From NCBI GenBank assembly GCA_963702845.1, contig OY969763.1, forward strand, positions 480,001 through 544,000: a stretch of DNA of 64,000 bases, written 5' to 3'. The translations under genes were made by a program, and so were the position numbers. Below are positions 9,137 to 19,489 of this stretch, one piece after another (position 1 is the first letter of the stretch; every line of letters begins with the position of its first letter). The notes under the pieces are model-generated. The model saw nothing but the letters and a program-made list of their open reading frames with translations, was not told the origin of the DNA and did no database searches. This DNA comes from an uncultured Verrucomicrobiae bacterium (lineage in GTDB: Bacteria > Verrucomicrobiota > Verrucomicrobiia > Limisphaerales > Palsa-1400).

Positions 9137-10241
9137 TCCCCAAATTTGGGCGAAGGTTCCTTTTCATTTTTGGACGGTAACATTTTTTGTTTTCGGCAGC
9201 ATCGTGGGAAGTTTTCTCAACGTTTGTATTTACCGAATGCCGCTCGGACTGAGCGTCGTCAGTCCGCCCTCACATTGTCCGCACTGCAAATATTCCATTC
9301 CATGGTACCTGAACATGCCGCTGGTGACGTGGATCGTCTTGCAGGGAAAATGCAAAAACTGCGGCGCACCGATCGCCTCACGATATTTCTTGGTCGAGCT
9401 GCTGACGGGCGTCGCGTTCATCCTGTGCTGGCTGCAATTTGGCACATACTCCTGGCTCCTCGCGTTGGTTTATTGTGTGATGATGGCAGGCTTCATCACC
9501 GCGACGTTCATCGATTTTGAGCACTACATCATTCCGGACGAACTTACCATCGGCGGAATATTTGTCGGCGTTCTTTGCTCATTCATGGTTCCTATCCTGC
9601 ATTTTTCTTTTCCGGATTTTCACCGTGTCACTTCGCCAGCCAAGGCGGTTGGATTAAGCGTTCTCGGAGTGATCATCGGTGGCGGATTGATCTACGCCAT
9701 TTTGCGTTTGGGCAAATTGCTGTTCGGTCGCAGAAAAATCGAATTGCCTACCGGCACGAAAATTGTGTTCACCGAATCGGTCATTCACTTGCCGGACGAA
9801 CAAGTTCCTTACGACGAAGTGTTCTATCGCGAATCGGACACCATTCATTTAATCGCCAGCAGGCTGGAGTTGGTGGACCGATGTTACGTCAACGCGACGG
9901 TGCAGTTGAAACCGTCCGAATTATTCGTTGGCGAAGATCGGTTTGTGCCAGAGGAAGTGCACGTGATGGAGGCCGTTGCCACTCATATTACGTTGCCGCG
10001 CGAGGCTATGGGTCTGGGTGATGTGAAGTTTATGGCCGCAATCGGGGCGTTCCTCGGTTGGCCCGCCGCGATTTTTTCTTTAGCGGTGAGTTCGATTATC
10101 GGATCAGCCGTTGGCCTGACGCTGATTGCGATGCGCAAACGGGAGTGGTCCAATCGACTTCCTTATGGTCCCTACATCGCGATTGCCGCGATCATTTGGA
10201 TTTTCGGCGGCTACGAATGGGTGCGGGGTTTCTTTCGCTAA
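9129..10241 (+). CDS. pilD: Prepilin peptidase/N-methyltransferase (peptidase A24) with a ~90-aa inserted soluble domain
   Basis: Motifs GSFLNVCIYRMP, SHCPHC, GKCKNC, FIDFEH, MGLGDVK and PYGPY. Overlaps the aroE stop. Confidence 0.92.
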   Translation: MFDPQIWAKVPFHFWTVTFFVFGSIVGSFLNVCIYRMPLGLSVVSPPSHCPHCKYSIPWYLNMPLVTWIVLQGKCKNCGAPIASRYFLVELLTGVAFILCWLQFGTYSWLLALVYCVMMAGFITATFIDFEHYIIPDELTIGGIFVGVLCSFMVPILHFSFPDFHRVTSPAKAVGLSVLGVIIGGGLIYAILRLGKLLFGRRKIELPTGTKIVFTESVIHLPDEQVPYDEVFYRESDTIHLIASRLELVDRCYVNATVQLKPSELFVGEDRFVPEEVHVMEAVATHITLPREAMGLGDVKFMAAIGAFLGWPAAIFSLAVSSIIGSAVGLTLIAMRKREWSNRLPYGPYIAIAAIIWIFGGYEWVRGFFR

Positions 10242-11321
10242 TCAGCCACACTGCCCACGCTGCCTTAATGCGTGGTCCACAAGCACCAGTGCCGCCATCG
10301 CTTCGACCATGACAACGGCGCGCGGTAAAACACACGGATCGTGGCGGCCTTTTGCTTTCAACGTGGTGTTCTTGCCATGAATATCGACAGTGTCCTGTTC
10401 GCGCAGAACGGTCGCCGTCGGTTTGAACGCAACACGGCAAAAAATGTTTTCGCCATTGGAAATGCCGCCCTGGATACCACCGGAATAATTTTTGGTGGTG
10501 CGAACTTTCCCGCCTTCCATTCGGAACGGGTCGTTATGTTCCAGTCCAGTCATCTCGGCTCCAGCGAATCCTGAGCCGATTTCAAAACCTTTGGTCGCTG
10601 GCAGACTCAGCATTGCTTTGCCAAGATCCGCTTCGAGACGGTCAAACACCGGTTCACCCCAACCTGGCGGAACGCCTTTAGCCACACACTCGATAACGCC
10701 ACCCACGCTGTCGCCAGCCTTTCGAACGTCCTCAATCAGCGCGATCATCTTTTCTGCCGCTTTCGCATCGGGGCAGCGCACAATGTTCGACTCAACTTGC
10801 TCGAGCGTCACATTATTGATGTCCACTTCGGCGTGGATGCGTTGAACCTGTTTAACAAATGCGAGAATGTTCACGCCGAATTGCTCGCGTAAAATCTTCT
10901 TTGCGACGGCTCCAGCCGCAACGCGACCGATAGTCTCACGCGCGCTGGTGCGACCGCCTCCAGGCCATGCGCGAATCCCGAATTTCGCCTGGTAAGTATA
11001 ATCAGCGTGCGACGGTCGAAATTTTTCCGCCATCTCGTTGTAAGCTTCGCTGCGCTGGTCCTGGTTTTGGACAAGCATCGCAATGGGAGTTCCGAGAGTT
11101 TTGCCTTCGAAAACGCCCGACACAATTTGCACCGCGTCGGCTTCGTTACGCTGTGTAACAATTCGCGATTGCCCCGGCCGCCGACGGTCGAGATCAGGCT
11201 GTATATCGCCCTCGGTCAAAGCGATGCGCGGCGGGCAACCATCAATCACGACGCCGACGCCACCACCGTGAGATTCACCCCACGTGGAGATGCGAAACAG
11301 TTGGCCGAATACATTGCCCAT
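10242..11321 (-). CDS. aroC: Chorismate synthase
   Basis: Motifs [34 protein letters not shown] and GRHDPCV. Confidence 0.97.
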   Translation of the reverse strand: MGNVFGQLFRISTWGESHGGGVGVVIDGCPPRIALTEGDIQPDLDRRRPGQSRIVTQRNEADAVQIVSGVFEGKTLGTPIAMLVQNQDQRSEAYNEMAEKFRPSHADYTYQAKFGIRAWPGGGRTSARETIGRVAAGAVAKKILREQFGVNILAFVKQVQRIHAEVDINNVTLEQVESNIVRCPDAKAAEKMIALIEDVRKAGDSVGGVIECVAKGVPPGWGEPVFDRLEADLGKAMLSLPATKGFEIGSGFAGAEMTGLEHNDPFRMEGGKVRTTKNYSGGIQGGISNGENIFCRVAFKPTATVLREQDTVDIHGKNTTLKAKGRHDPCVLPRAVVMVEAMAALVLVDHALRQRGQCG

Positions 11322-11600
11322 TGAAATTGAACTTAAACACCTGACCCGTTGTTTGAAAGCCGAAAGGCGGAAGCAACCGGCTTACACGATTCCCTGATGG
11401 TGAAAGCGCGTTCGCACTTAGGAAATAAATGGCCAAGTCCCTGATTGTAACTCCAGTCGAACCCTGCAACCTCTACACACCCACAATCGGCGGCCTTGCC
11501 CTGCCACGTCGTTTCTGGGCTGAGTCTCTTCTGCGCAGGCGTAGAGATCTTCAGCGCTCAATGGAGAGACGCCTGCAAAAAACATAGAAAGCTCAAAACC

Positions 11601-12350
11601 ATGAAAAAACTATCAACGAAAGTTGTTCCCGGTCTGATCGCCGTCTTAACGCTGGCGTTCGCAGCTAACGATGCATCGGCGAAACTTCGAGGCATCGACG
11701 TTTCAAATAACAACGGTAGCGTCAACTGGAGTTCCGTCTACAGCACTGGCGCCCGCTTTGCCATCACCAAGGCGACCGAGGGCGATTACTTCCAGGACAG
11801 CTACTATCACGCAAACATGCAACACGGCAAAACCCAGGGCCTCAACATGGGCGCTTATCACTTCGCGCGCCCTGATTTGAATGACGGAAACCACGAAGCT
11901 TCTTACTTCTATAGTTTTGCTTCCAGCGAATTTGGCACCGGTGGGAACACCTTGCAGCCCGTCCTGGACCTCGAAATCTGGAACGGCGGCCATGTTGGCG
12001 CGACCAGCTTTACCGATTGGGCGAACCAATTCGCCGACACATTAACCACGAAGATGAATAACGCCAGCATGACCCACAATACACTCGTGTATGGAAGCGC
12101 CTGCAACGTTTGCAATTATAACAGCAACATCAAAGGTCATTCCTGGATCGCGAATTATAATGGTGAGGATCCGGATACTGGCACGCCTTGGAATATCTGC
12201 TCGAGCTGCAATGCCTGGGGTGGTTGGACTTTCTGGCAATACACCGCCACCGGTTCTGTTTCCGGCGTCTCGGGCAATTGCGACCGCGATGTTTATAACG
12301 GCACTCTCGCCGACCTTGAAGCGAGCATCTACATCGTTAACAAACGGTAA
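11601..12350 (+). CDS. Secreted GH25 lysozyme/muramidase
   Basis: Signal peptide, plus GIDVS, KATEG, GAYHFARP, LDLE, FWQYT and DRD motifs. Confidence 0.92.
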   Translation: MKKLSTKVVPGLIAVLTLAFAANDASAKLRGIDVSNNNGSVNWSSVYSTGARFAITKATEGDYFQDSYYHANMQHGKTQGLNMGAYHFARPDLNDGNHEASYFYSFASSEFGTGGNTLQPVLDLEIWNGGHVGATSFTDWANQFADTLTTKMNNASMTHNTLVYGSACNVCNYNSNIKGHSWIANYNGEDPDTGTPWNICSSCNAWGGWTFWQYTATGSVSGVSGNCDRDVYNGTLADLEASIYIVNKR

Positions 12351-12367
12351 CTGGACGTCTTTACATT

Positions 12368-12403
12368 CAAAGCCCGCGAAGACAGCCGTTTTTGCGGGCT
12401 TTG
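12368..12403. terminator. Stem-loop between convergent genes (probable terminator)
   Basis: Inverted repeat caaagcccgc...gcgggctttg. Confidence 0.65.
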
Positions 12404-12558
12404 TCATGTATCCCCAAAACCCCGCAAGTAAACAGGTAGCGCCCGTCGCGCAACGCGATCCAAATTGAGATAGGGCACGTTTTCGAACCGGACGTTTCGG
12501 CTCGCCGCTTAACCGCGATGACCGCCGTTGAACTACGGCGCGGTGCGCGTTAGCGGCC

Positions 12559-13959
12559 CTAGCGTCTTTGCGTGGAAAGTTTCCGTGCCTGTGTGTCCCT
12601 ATGGTTCAAATTGAATTCAAAAGCCCCAATAGACGGCGCTCCCTTTGAAATCGGCCGATCATCTAAATCAACTTCGTATCCAAGATTCGTCCCTGCACCA
12701 ATGGCGGGACTGCCGGCAGTCAGTCGAAAATCCCCTTCGCCCAAATTCTTAAAAAGTGGGTTGCCGATTTTATCGCCCGTGCGTAAGTGCGCTCCACCGC
12801 CGAGATACTTTCTCTGATAAGCATCCCGATTGGGTTGCTTGTGCAATCTGTCCTCGTCAGGTCGGTAGAAAAGATTGTAGCCATGACTCATTTCACCGCG
12901 AGCGAAGACCGGTTCCACTCGCGAACCGTCGAACACAAAAATATTATTCAGGAAACTGATATTGGTGTTGCCGAAATAATTCCAAAACACGACTTCCTCC
13001 GAGTCATCCTTTCGGTGTGCGAGCGTGCGCACGACGGTGTTGTTTTCCACCCGGAAATTGGTGCAAGGTCCGGTGAGTCCAAGGAACGATTGGTAGTCCA
13101 TGCAGACGTTGTGATGGATCAAAAAATTGTCCTGTTTGACGTGCCCAACCCATTCAATGAAACCTTGATTGCGCAGCGAAAGATTGTGATGAATGAGAAT
13201 GTCTTCCTTGGAGAACGCGCGATCGTTTATTTCGATAGCTCCGCCGTCGTGACCGTATTCCGCACTGGGAGCGCAATAATTCACGATTCTGTTATAGGAA
13301 ATTTCATTGCTTGAGGCGCATACAACGATGCCGATCGGCCCCCATCGAAACTGAATGGGCGCGTTATTATCGTGGATGTAATTCTTCGTGATGAGATTGT
13401 GCTGGCCGTATACGGTGATGCCGATGGGCGTGTGCGTAAACTCGCAATTTCGCACGATACAATGATCCGCATTCGTGGTGAGGAAAATAGCACCGAGCAG
13501 ATGAATATCCGTCGCAACTGGATTAACGGGACACTTTTCCAGATACAACTCATCCACGATGACATAGCTGCCGTTGACCCGAATGCCATTTCCATCGAGA
13601 GCGGCGGAATTTGGGTTAGTGAAGCGAGGTGCGGATCCTTCCCCGTAACGTGTGATCACGATCGGCGCATTTGGGGTGCCGGATTGATTAATTTGAAATC
13701 CGCCTTCGAATCGAGACCCAGCCGCAAAATAAATAGTGTCGGCTGGACGAAACGTAACATTGGCAAGCTGAGCGAGTGAACGCCACGGATCATCGAGGCT
13801 TCCGCGTCCGTTCTCCGAACCCGCGCGGCTATTAACGTAGTATTGCCTGCCGTTGAAGTTAGAGCTTTCCGCGACAGATGTTCCAGCGGAGATCAGAATG
13901 AAAGCAACCACTGTGAAGATCGAAACTAAAATTGCGATACTGCCTCGACACTTTTGCAC
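12559..13959 (-). CDS. Secreted right-handed parallel beta-helix protein with choice-of-anchor-Q-like C-terminus
   Basis: Motifs YYVNS..GS...PWRSL, SGTPNAPIVITRYG, DGGAIE, repeated NN-ladder strands and DFRLTAGSPAIGAG...PSIGAFE. Confidence 0.8.
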   Translation of the reverse strand: MQKCRGSIAILVSIFTVVAFILISAGTSVAESSNFNGRQYYVNSRAGSENGRGSLDDPWRSLAQLANVTFRPADTIYFAAGSRFEGGFQINQSGTPNAPIVITRYGEGSAPRFTNPNSAALDGNGIRVNGSYVIVDELYLEKCPVNPVATDIHLLGAIFLTTNADHCIVRNCEFTHTPIGITVYGQHNLITKNYIHDNNAPIQFRWGPIGIVVCASSNEISYNRIVNYCAPSAEYGHDGGAIEINDRAFSKEDILIHHNLSLRNQGFIEWVGHVKQDNFLIHHNVCMDYQSFLGLTGPCTNFRVENNTVVRTLAHRKDDSEEVVFWNYFGNTNISFLNNIFVFDGSRVEPVFARGEMSHGYNLFYRPDEDRLHKQPNRDAYQRKYLGGGAHLRTGDKIGNPLFKNLGEGDFRLTAGSPAIGAGTNLGYEVDLDDRPISKGAPSIGAFEFNLNHRDTQARKLSTQRR

Positions 13960-14060
13960 AAGCGAGGATATGTGCCTCGCGTCGCAGCGAGCAAGCGCAC
14001 TCTCGGACTACTGTCGCGTAGCGAGACAAATGAACCTCCGCCGATTTGTCGGTGGGAACT

Positions 14061-16199
14061 TCACAGAATAATTGGCATCTTGCGCACCCGGATTCCGGTG
14101 GCATGGAAGACCGCGTTGCCGATCGCCGGCGCGATCGCGATAATCGGCGTTTCACCACCGCCAGCCGATGGCAAATCGGGCCTGTTCAGCAAGTGGATAT
14201 CCAATTCAGGAAGATCAGCAAACCGCGGCACGCGATATTCTCCGTACGACGCATTCAAAATTTTACCGTTTTCGAATTCCATTTCTTCGCGCAACGCAGG
14301 GCCAAGCCCCATCACGATCGCCCCCTCCACTTGCTTTCGCAGATTGTCCGGGTTAAGGATCGCGCCGCACTCAAACACCTGGCAGACATGGCGCACTTTG
14401 ATTTTCTTTGTTTCAGGATCAATCTGCACCTCTGCGCAGGCAGCGACGTACGAACCTTTTTCCGTCCCGCACGCCAGCCCAACACCGATGTTCGCGACCT
14501 TTTCTTTCACGCGTGCGCGCCAATTAAACTTTTTCGCCGCCATCTCGAGCACTGCGCGCAGTCTGGCGCTATCGCTTTCATCGAGATGTGTTAACCGGAA
14601 ATCCAATGGGTCCTCTCCAGCGGCTGCGGCCAGCTCGTCCATGGAACATTCGCGCGCGAAATTGTTGGCTGTTGCTGCCAGTCCGCGATAAGACCCGTGG
14701 CGCAGCGGCGCCTTCGAACCAACCGAAGTCGTGTGCCGTTTGGCAACGCGATAGGGCGTATCCACCGCCGAACCGCCGGAATTGATGTTGATGAAATACC
14801 ACGAACTCAGCGCGTTTTTCGCATCGAGTCCTGCTTCGATTTTGATCACGGCCGCAGGACGGAAATAGGCCCACGTAAATTCCTCTTCCCGCGTCCAACG
14901 CATCGATACCGGCTTGCCAGCTGCTTTAGCCAGGCGGGCGGCTTCGACACCAACTTCGCCGCTGTGTTTGCCACCAAATGCCGCGCCAAAATCGGGAACA
15001 AGCACGCGCGCCTTTTCTTCTGGCAGATGAAATGCGCGAGCCAGTTCTCCGCGACAGCCAAACGGATTTTGTGACCCGGTCCAAACCATCAGGTTGCCGT
15101 CCTTCCATTCCGCGACTGCCGCCCGAGGTTCCAACGGCGAATGTTGGACGTACGCAACGTTGTAAGTTTGACGCAGCGTATGTTTTGCTTGCTCTAGTTC
15201 ACCAGCGAATTCATTCGGCGGCACCTGCGCGTGCTCTTCCAAATACCTAAAAAGCTCTTTGCTCGAAGGATGATCGGCTTTCTCCCACTTCGCCGTTTTT
15301 GCAATTGCCGCCAGCGCTTGCTCCGCCAGACGCGTCGAAGGCGCGGCAACGCCCACAAACTGATCGTCCTGCACCACCACGACGTCTTTCATCGATTTGG
15401 CGGGCGCGAGGTCGATCGAAAGCAACTTCGCGCCATAATCCGGCGCGCGCAGAATCTTGCCGTAAAGCATCCCGCGCGGCGCAATGTCCGAAGGGAATTT
15501 GTGCGCACCGGTAACAATTCCCTGGCCGTTGGGACGCGCGACAGGAGTTCCCAGGACTTTCCATTCCTTTACAGGCGTGAGAGTGACATCCGCTGGAGCT
15601 GGTTGTGCCAGCAATTTCGCTGTCTCTGCGTCGGCTGCCAAATCGGCATAATTTAAAGCAGTTTCCCCAGCATGAACAACACGCCCATCCTGCACCTCGC
15701 AAGCGCCAAGCTCAACATTCCAGCGCTTCGCCGCGAAAGCGATCAAAAGTTGCCGCGCCGCTGCCGCGCCCTGTCGAACCGACGGCACCGTTCGTGGACT
15801 CGTGCCGCTTCCTGCCGTGATTCCGTCGTCCGGCACCAAGTTAGTATCAGCCATGATCAATTGAATGTGGTCCGGCGACACGCGCAATTCTTCAGCCGCA
15901 GCCTGCGTCAACTCCGCTCGCGCGCCCTGTCCCGCTTCAACTTTCCCGACCAACACCGTGATCGAGCCGTCGGCGCCAAGATGAATCCTTGCGCCAATTG
16001 TTTTCGCGCCGCCGCCCCGAAAACCGCCTCGTCTGCCACCGCTGCGTTGCGCCAAAGCAGCTGCCTGACTCGCAATCAACAAGCCAGCTCCCAGAAGTTG
16101 CATGAACGAGCGGCGCTTCAGCCCGAAATCATAACCGAACCGCTCCGTCATCTTCTCATACGCGGCGTCGACAGATTCGTTTGTGACCGGCTCTTTCAT
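14061..16199 (-). CDS. Xanthine dehydrogenase family molybdopterin-binding subunit (IorB-like), Tat-exported
   Basis: Twin-Arg RRSFMQLLG. Motifs KVEAGQG...AAEEL, HSPLEP, GAAFGGK, WTREEEF and SAGGGE. Confidence 0.92.
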   Translation of the reverse strand: MKEPVTNESVDAAYEKMTERFGYDFGLKRRSFMQLLGAGLLIASQAAALAQRSGGRRGGFRGGGAKTIGARIHLGADGSITVLVGKVEAGQGARAELTQAAAEELRVSPDHIQLIMADTNLVPDDGITAGSGTSPRTVPSVRQGAAAARQLLIAFAAKRWNVELGACEVQDGRVVHAGETALNYADLAADAETAKLLAQPAPADVTLTPVKEWKVLGTPVARPNGQGIVTGAHKFPSDIAPRGMLYGKILRAPDYGAKLLSIDLAPAKSMKDVVVVQDDQFVGVAAPSTRLAEQALAAIAKTAKWEKADHPSSKELFRYLEEHAQVPPNEFAGELEQAKHTLRQTYNVAYVQHSPLEPRAAVAEWKDGNLMVWTGSQNPFGCRGELARAFHLPEEKARVLVPDFGAAFGGKHSGEVGVEAARLAKAAGKPVSMRWTREEEFTWAYFRPAAVIKIEAGLDAKNALSSWYFININSGGSAVDTPYRVAKRHTTSVGSKAPLRHGSYRGLAATANNFARECSMDELAAAAGEDPLDFRLTHLDESDSARLRAVLEMAAKKFNWRARVKEKVANIGVGLACGTEKGSYVAACAEVQIDPETKKIKVRHVCQVFECGAILNPDNLRKQVEGAIVMGLGPALREEMEFENGKILNASYGEYRVPRFADLPELDIHLLNRPDLPSAGGGETPIIAIAPAIGNAVFHATGIRVRKMPIIL

Positions 16200-16657
16200 T
16201 TCGTGATCACTCGCCGAATCGCCGACCGGATTCGCGTGTAACTGCCACAGCGACAGATGTGCTTGTTCATATGTGACAAGATTTCAACTTCGCTCGCGTT
16301 CGGTTTTTGTTTCATCGCGCCCACGATTCCGAGAATCATTCCGGGCGTGCAATAGCCACACTGAAAAGCTCCTTCATCCAGAAACGCTTTCTGCACCGGA
16401 TGCAACCGACCTTGTTCCGAAAGCCCTTCGATCGTCACAACGTGCTTGCCGCTCACCTCTTTGATTGGGGTCTGGCAGCCCATGACACTTTTCCCATCGA
16501 GCAACACCGTGCAAGCGCGACAATCCCCTTCACCACAGCCAAATTTCGCTCCAGTCAGTTGAAGCTCCTCGCGCAACACCTCGAGCAAAGTGCGCTCCGG
16601 ATCACTCGCGACGTTCCGGGGTTTCCCATTGACGATGAAAGTGATGCTCGATGTCAT
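16196..16657 (-). CDS. (2Fe-2S)-binding small subunit (IorA/CoxS-like)
   Basis: Cys motifs GCGEGDCRACTV, FQCGYCTPG and CRCGSY. 4-nt overlap with the large subunit. Confidence 0.95.
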   Translation of the reverse strand: MTSSITFIVNGKPRNVASDPERTLLEVLREELQLTGAKFGCGEGDCRACTVLLDGKSVMGCQTPIKEVSGKHVVTIEGLSEQGRLHPVQKAFLDEGAFQCGYCTPGMILGIVGAMKQKPNASEVEILSHMNKHICRCGSYTRIRSAIRRVITK

Positions 16658-16658
16658 A
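16640..16658. repeat. 19-bp direct repeat, copy 1 (covers the start of the 2Fe-2S gene)
   Basis: agtgatgctcgatgtcata is identical to 19202-19220. Confidence 0.9.
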
Positions 16659-16787
16659 CGAGGCCGGCTGAATTATTGATAAAAACAATACGCCTCTGAT
16701 GACATAAGAAAAGGGTTTTCAGAACGATCGCATCATCCCGATGCGAGTGAAATTAAAAACCTCGCCCTGCACAATAGTCCCCTGACT

Positions 16788-19118
16788 TTAAAAATTATTG
16801 AGGTTGAAGAATTCGTCAACGGAATAGAAACCCATCGACGCGGACGCAGGCACAGGCCAATCGGAGTTTGTTCCAGTGCCTTGCAGCGGGCTGCCGAATG
16901 TCTGCCAATTCGTCAGGTCTGAGCCAGTTCGAATCTGATAAACCATGTTGCTCGAGGTGGGATACTGAAGTTTGATTTCGCCCGCGCTTCCGCCACGGGT
17001 CGCGCTCAACAGCCGCCGCGAATTTAACGTGCTTTCGTCGACAAGATGAGTGGCGAGGTAAGTCTGAAAACCACCAAGCATCGGATCCTGGATTTGCGTC
17101 ATCCACGCCAAAAGATTTTGCCGCGCTGTGTAGATATAAGGCGCCATTTCGGGTTTCTGCGCCAGATTATAGAGCGCATCCGGGTCCTGGATGTAATCGT
17201 AGATTTCTTCCACCGAACGATATTTAAAAAAGTTCACTCGGTTTTGAATGTTCGTATTGCCGGGGCCCGCGGCGACCATTGCGTTCCAGGTCAATCCATC
17301 TTGCGTTTCGTTACTGCAAACCTTTGTCCCGTTCGACCACGGATTATATATGTAGCCGTAGCGACTGCCGCGAACACCGCGCATCTCATAGCGCACTCCC
17401 GAACTGGTCTCATGAAACACAGTTATCGCCAAATCTCGGTTCGTCTGAAAAGTGCCGCCTTGCAGAAGTGACAGGAAACTCACGCCGTCGAATCGCAAAG
17501 TCGTCGGCACGCCAATGGCCGCGAGTAAAGTCGGCATCAAATCGATGCTCAAAACAAAGTTGTTGGTGTCCATTCTCCCCGGAGCAACGACGCCCGGCCA
17601 TCGTATTATCAGCGGGGTATGATTGCTGTGAAGATAATCATTGGCTTTGGCAAAAGGCATCGAGATGCCATTGTCCGACAGAAAAATGACGATCGTATTA
17701 TTGGACGCGCCCACGTCATTTAACGCATCCAAAACCCGGCCAAGCGTGTCATCGAATCTCCTCGCAGAAGAATAATACTGCGCCATTTCTTTTCGGACGT
17801 TGGGCAGGTCCGGCAGAAAACCGGGAACGCTTATTTCGTTGGTGACATAAACATGCGAGGGCACGGCAAAGGTCCCTCGAACGGATGCCGACCATTTGCT
17901 GGTTTCATCCGCGCTGCCGGCGAAAGGCCGATGCGGATCATTGGAATTAGCCATCAAAAAGAATGGCCGTCCCGCGGCCATCGCCTGCTGCATGAGCGCC
18001 TTGGAATTAGTGTAATAATAGCCGCTATTTCGGCCTTGAGCGAGTGAGTCCTCCGTCAGCAGCAAATCCCACGGGAATTCGCTCAATGGTTGCAGATGAT
18101 CAGTCTTGGAAAGAATACCGAGCCGATAATCCAAATTCGCCAATATCTCCATCAACGTAGTCACCTGCGGTTTGATTGGATTAAACCCTTCGCCGCCGTT
18201 GTTGTGCGGATAAAGTCCGGTCATGAGCGCTTCGCGGCTCGGTTGACACACGCCAACCACGACGTGATGACGCGTAAATCGCATTCCTTGCGAGGCAAAT
18301 TGGTCGATCTTTGGAGTGACACTGGGCTGCGGACCGCCAAAACATCCGACCGTTGTATAATTCAGGTCATCGGCGACAATCATCAAAATGTTCGGCGCTT
18401 GAAAAGCAGGTATCGCATCGTAAAACGTGTTCGCGAAAAATTGTAACGAACTATTCAGACTCCCGCTGGACGCGACGAAATTCGGCCCGGCAAAGTTCGC
18501 CGGTGCCGATCCCTCCAAGATATAGAGACAACTATTCGACGCCATGCCGTAACCACCGGCGACTGCTCCGCTCCATTGCGCAACATTGGACACACGAATA
18601 TCGGAAATTGTGTGCGTTCCGCCAAAGGCCGGGTCCACCGCATACTGACCATCCAAATAAACTGCGGCTCGCGAATCACTGGCGACACCATCACGATTGT
18701 TGTCGAGCCGGATCCCAAAAATCACATCATACTGTCGGCCGGGTCCCAGCGGTTTCGTGAAAACCTGCAATGCGTGCCTCCCGAGCGTTCCCGTAGATGA
18801 CGAATCGCCTCCGGCGGTCAGCACCAATCGATCATTGATCAGCAGCAGAGAAATCCCGTTGTGATAATCTCCCGATTCGAAGAGGACATAGCCCGCGGCT
18901 GAAAAAGACGTTGGAGTCGTAAATTGAAACCGGCAGGTCATGTCCTGGAGAGAATCGCTGATGCCATCTCCATTGTAGTCGGCAGTAAAAGCCGCCAGCC
19001 CGCCCACTGGAAAACTGATCGTTGGCGCACCAAGATTCGTCACTGTGACGGCACGCGCATTCATGCCTGCCAGCACAAAAACGCAAAGACTTACAATCCA
19101 TTTGAGTGCCAACCTCAT
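16788..19118 (-). CDS. Secreted sulfatase (formylglycine type) with N-terminal LamG-like domain and C-terminal verrucomicrobial module
   Basis: PNILMIVADD, CQPSR (CxPxR), DPHRPF and SDNG motifs. C-terminus is LQYPT...YQIRTGSDLTNW...GFY. Confidence 0.9.
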   Translation of the reverse strand: MRLALKWIVSLCVFVLAGMNARAVTVTNLGAPTISFPVGGLAAFTADYNGDGISDSLQDMTCRFQFTTPTSFSAAGYVLFESGDYHNGISLLLINDRLVLTAGGDSSSTGTLGRHALQVFTKPLGPGRQYDVIFGIRLDNNRDGVASDSRAAVYLDGQYAVDPAFGGTHTISDIRVSNVAQWSGAVAGGYGMASNSCLYILEGSAPANFAGPNFVASSGSLNSSLQFFANTFYDAIPAFQAPNILMIVADDLNYTTVGCFGGPQPSVTPKIDQFASQGMRFTRHHVVVGVCQPSREALMTGLYPHNNGGEGFNPIKPQVTTLMEILANLDYRLGILSKTDHLQPLSEFPWDLLLTEDSLAQGRNSGYYYTNSKALMQQAMAAGRPFFLMANSNDPHRPFAGSADETSKWSASVRGTFAVPSHVYVTNEISVPGFLPDLPNVRKEMAQYYSSARRFDDTLGRVLDALNDVGASNNTIVIFLSDNGISMPFAKANDYLHSNHTPLIIRWPGVVAPGRMDTNNFVLSIDLMPTLLAAIGVPTTLRFDGVSFLSLLQGGTFQTNRDLAITVFHETSSGVRYEMRGVRGSRYGYIYNPWSNGTKVCSNETQDGLTWNAMVAAGPGNTNIQNRVNFFKYRSVEEIYDYIQDPDALYNLAQKPEMAPYIYTARQNLLAWMTQIQDPMLGGFQTYLATHLVDESTLNSRRLLSATRGGSAGEIKLQYPTSSNMVYQIRTGSDLTNWQTFGSPLQGTGTNSDWPVPASASMGFYSVDEFFNLNNF

Positions 19119-19201
19119 TCGGCCTGCCTTTTGTAGTATCACCGATTAAGTTTGGCGTTTTGGCATCTACCCGCAATCACCCAAAAGGACGACGTGGTGA
19201 C

Positions 19202-19220
19202 AGTGATGCTCGATGTCATA
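19202..19220. repeat. 19-bp direct repeat, copy 2 (orphan duplicate of the 2Fe-2S gene start)
   Basis: Identical to 16640-16658. On the minus strand it reads ATG ACA TCG AGC ATC ACT (MTSSIT). Confidence 0.9.
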
Positions 19221-19489
19221 GACTCCGGTTGAGTTGCAATTACGAAATAGGCTACTAAACATTCGTGTCACTCCGTGCAATTGGTGTCGCGATTTCGTCC
19301 CACTCAACACTGATTCCTGCTCCGAGCTGCCTCTTGTTTCTGTCAAAACAACGAACACCGTCTTGCCCGCCCATCAAAACTGTGCAAACGTCGGTCGTAT
19401 ATTAAGCGCTTGATACCAGTCATACTCTCAGCACGCGGCGTCTTTGGCTCAACGGCCCGTTGCCGCCGATTTCAATTGCTAGATCTGAC

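Noticed and set aside
11440..11600. c-di-AMP (ydaO) riboswitch before GH25
   Set aside because: Only a superficial GGGCTGAGTC...GTAG likeness. The characteristic downstream CCCGAACCCG.CAGCTAAC segment is missing.
19261..19288. attcgtgtc-like 9-10-bp repeat relic
   Set aside because: Only three degenerate units, too weak to call.
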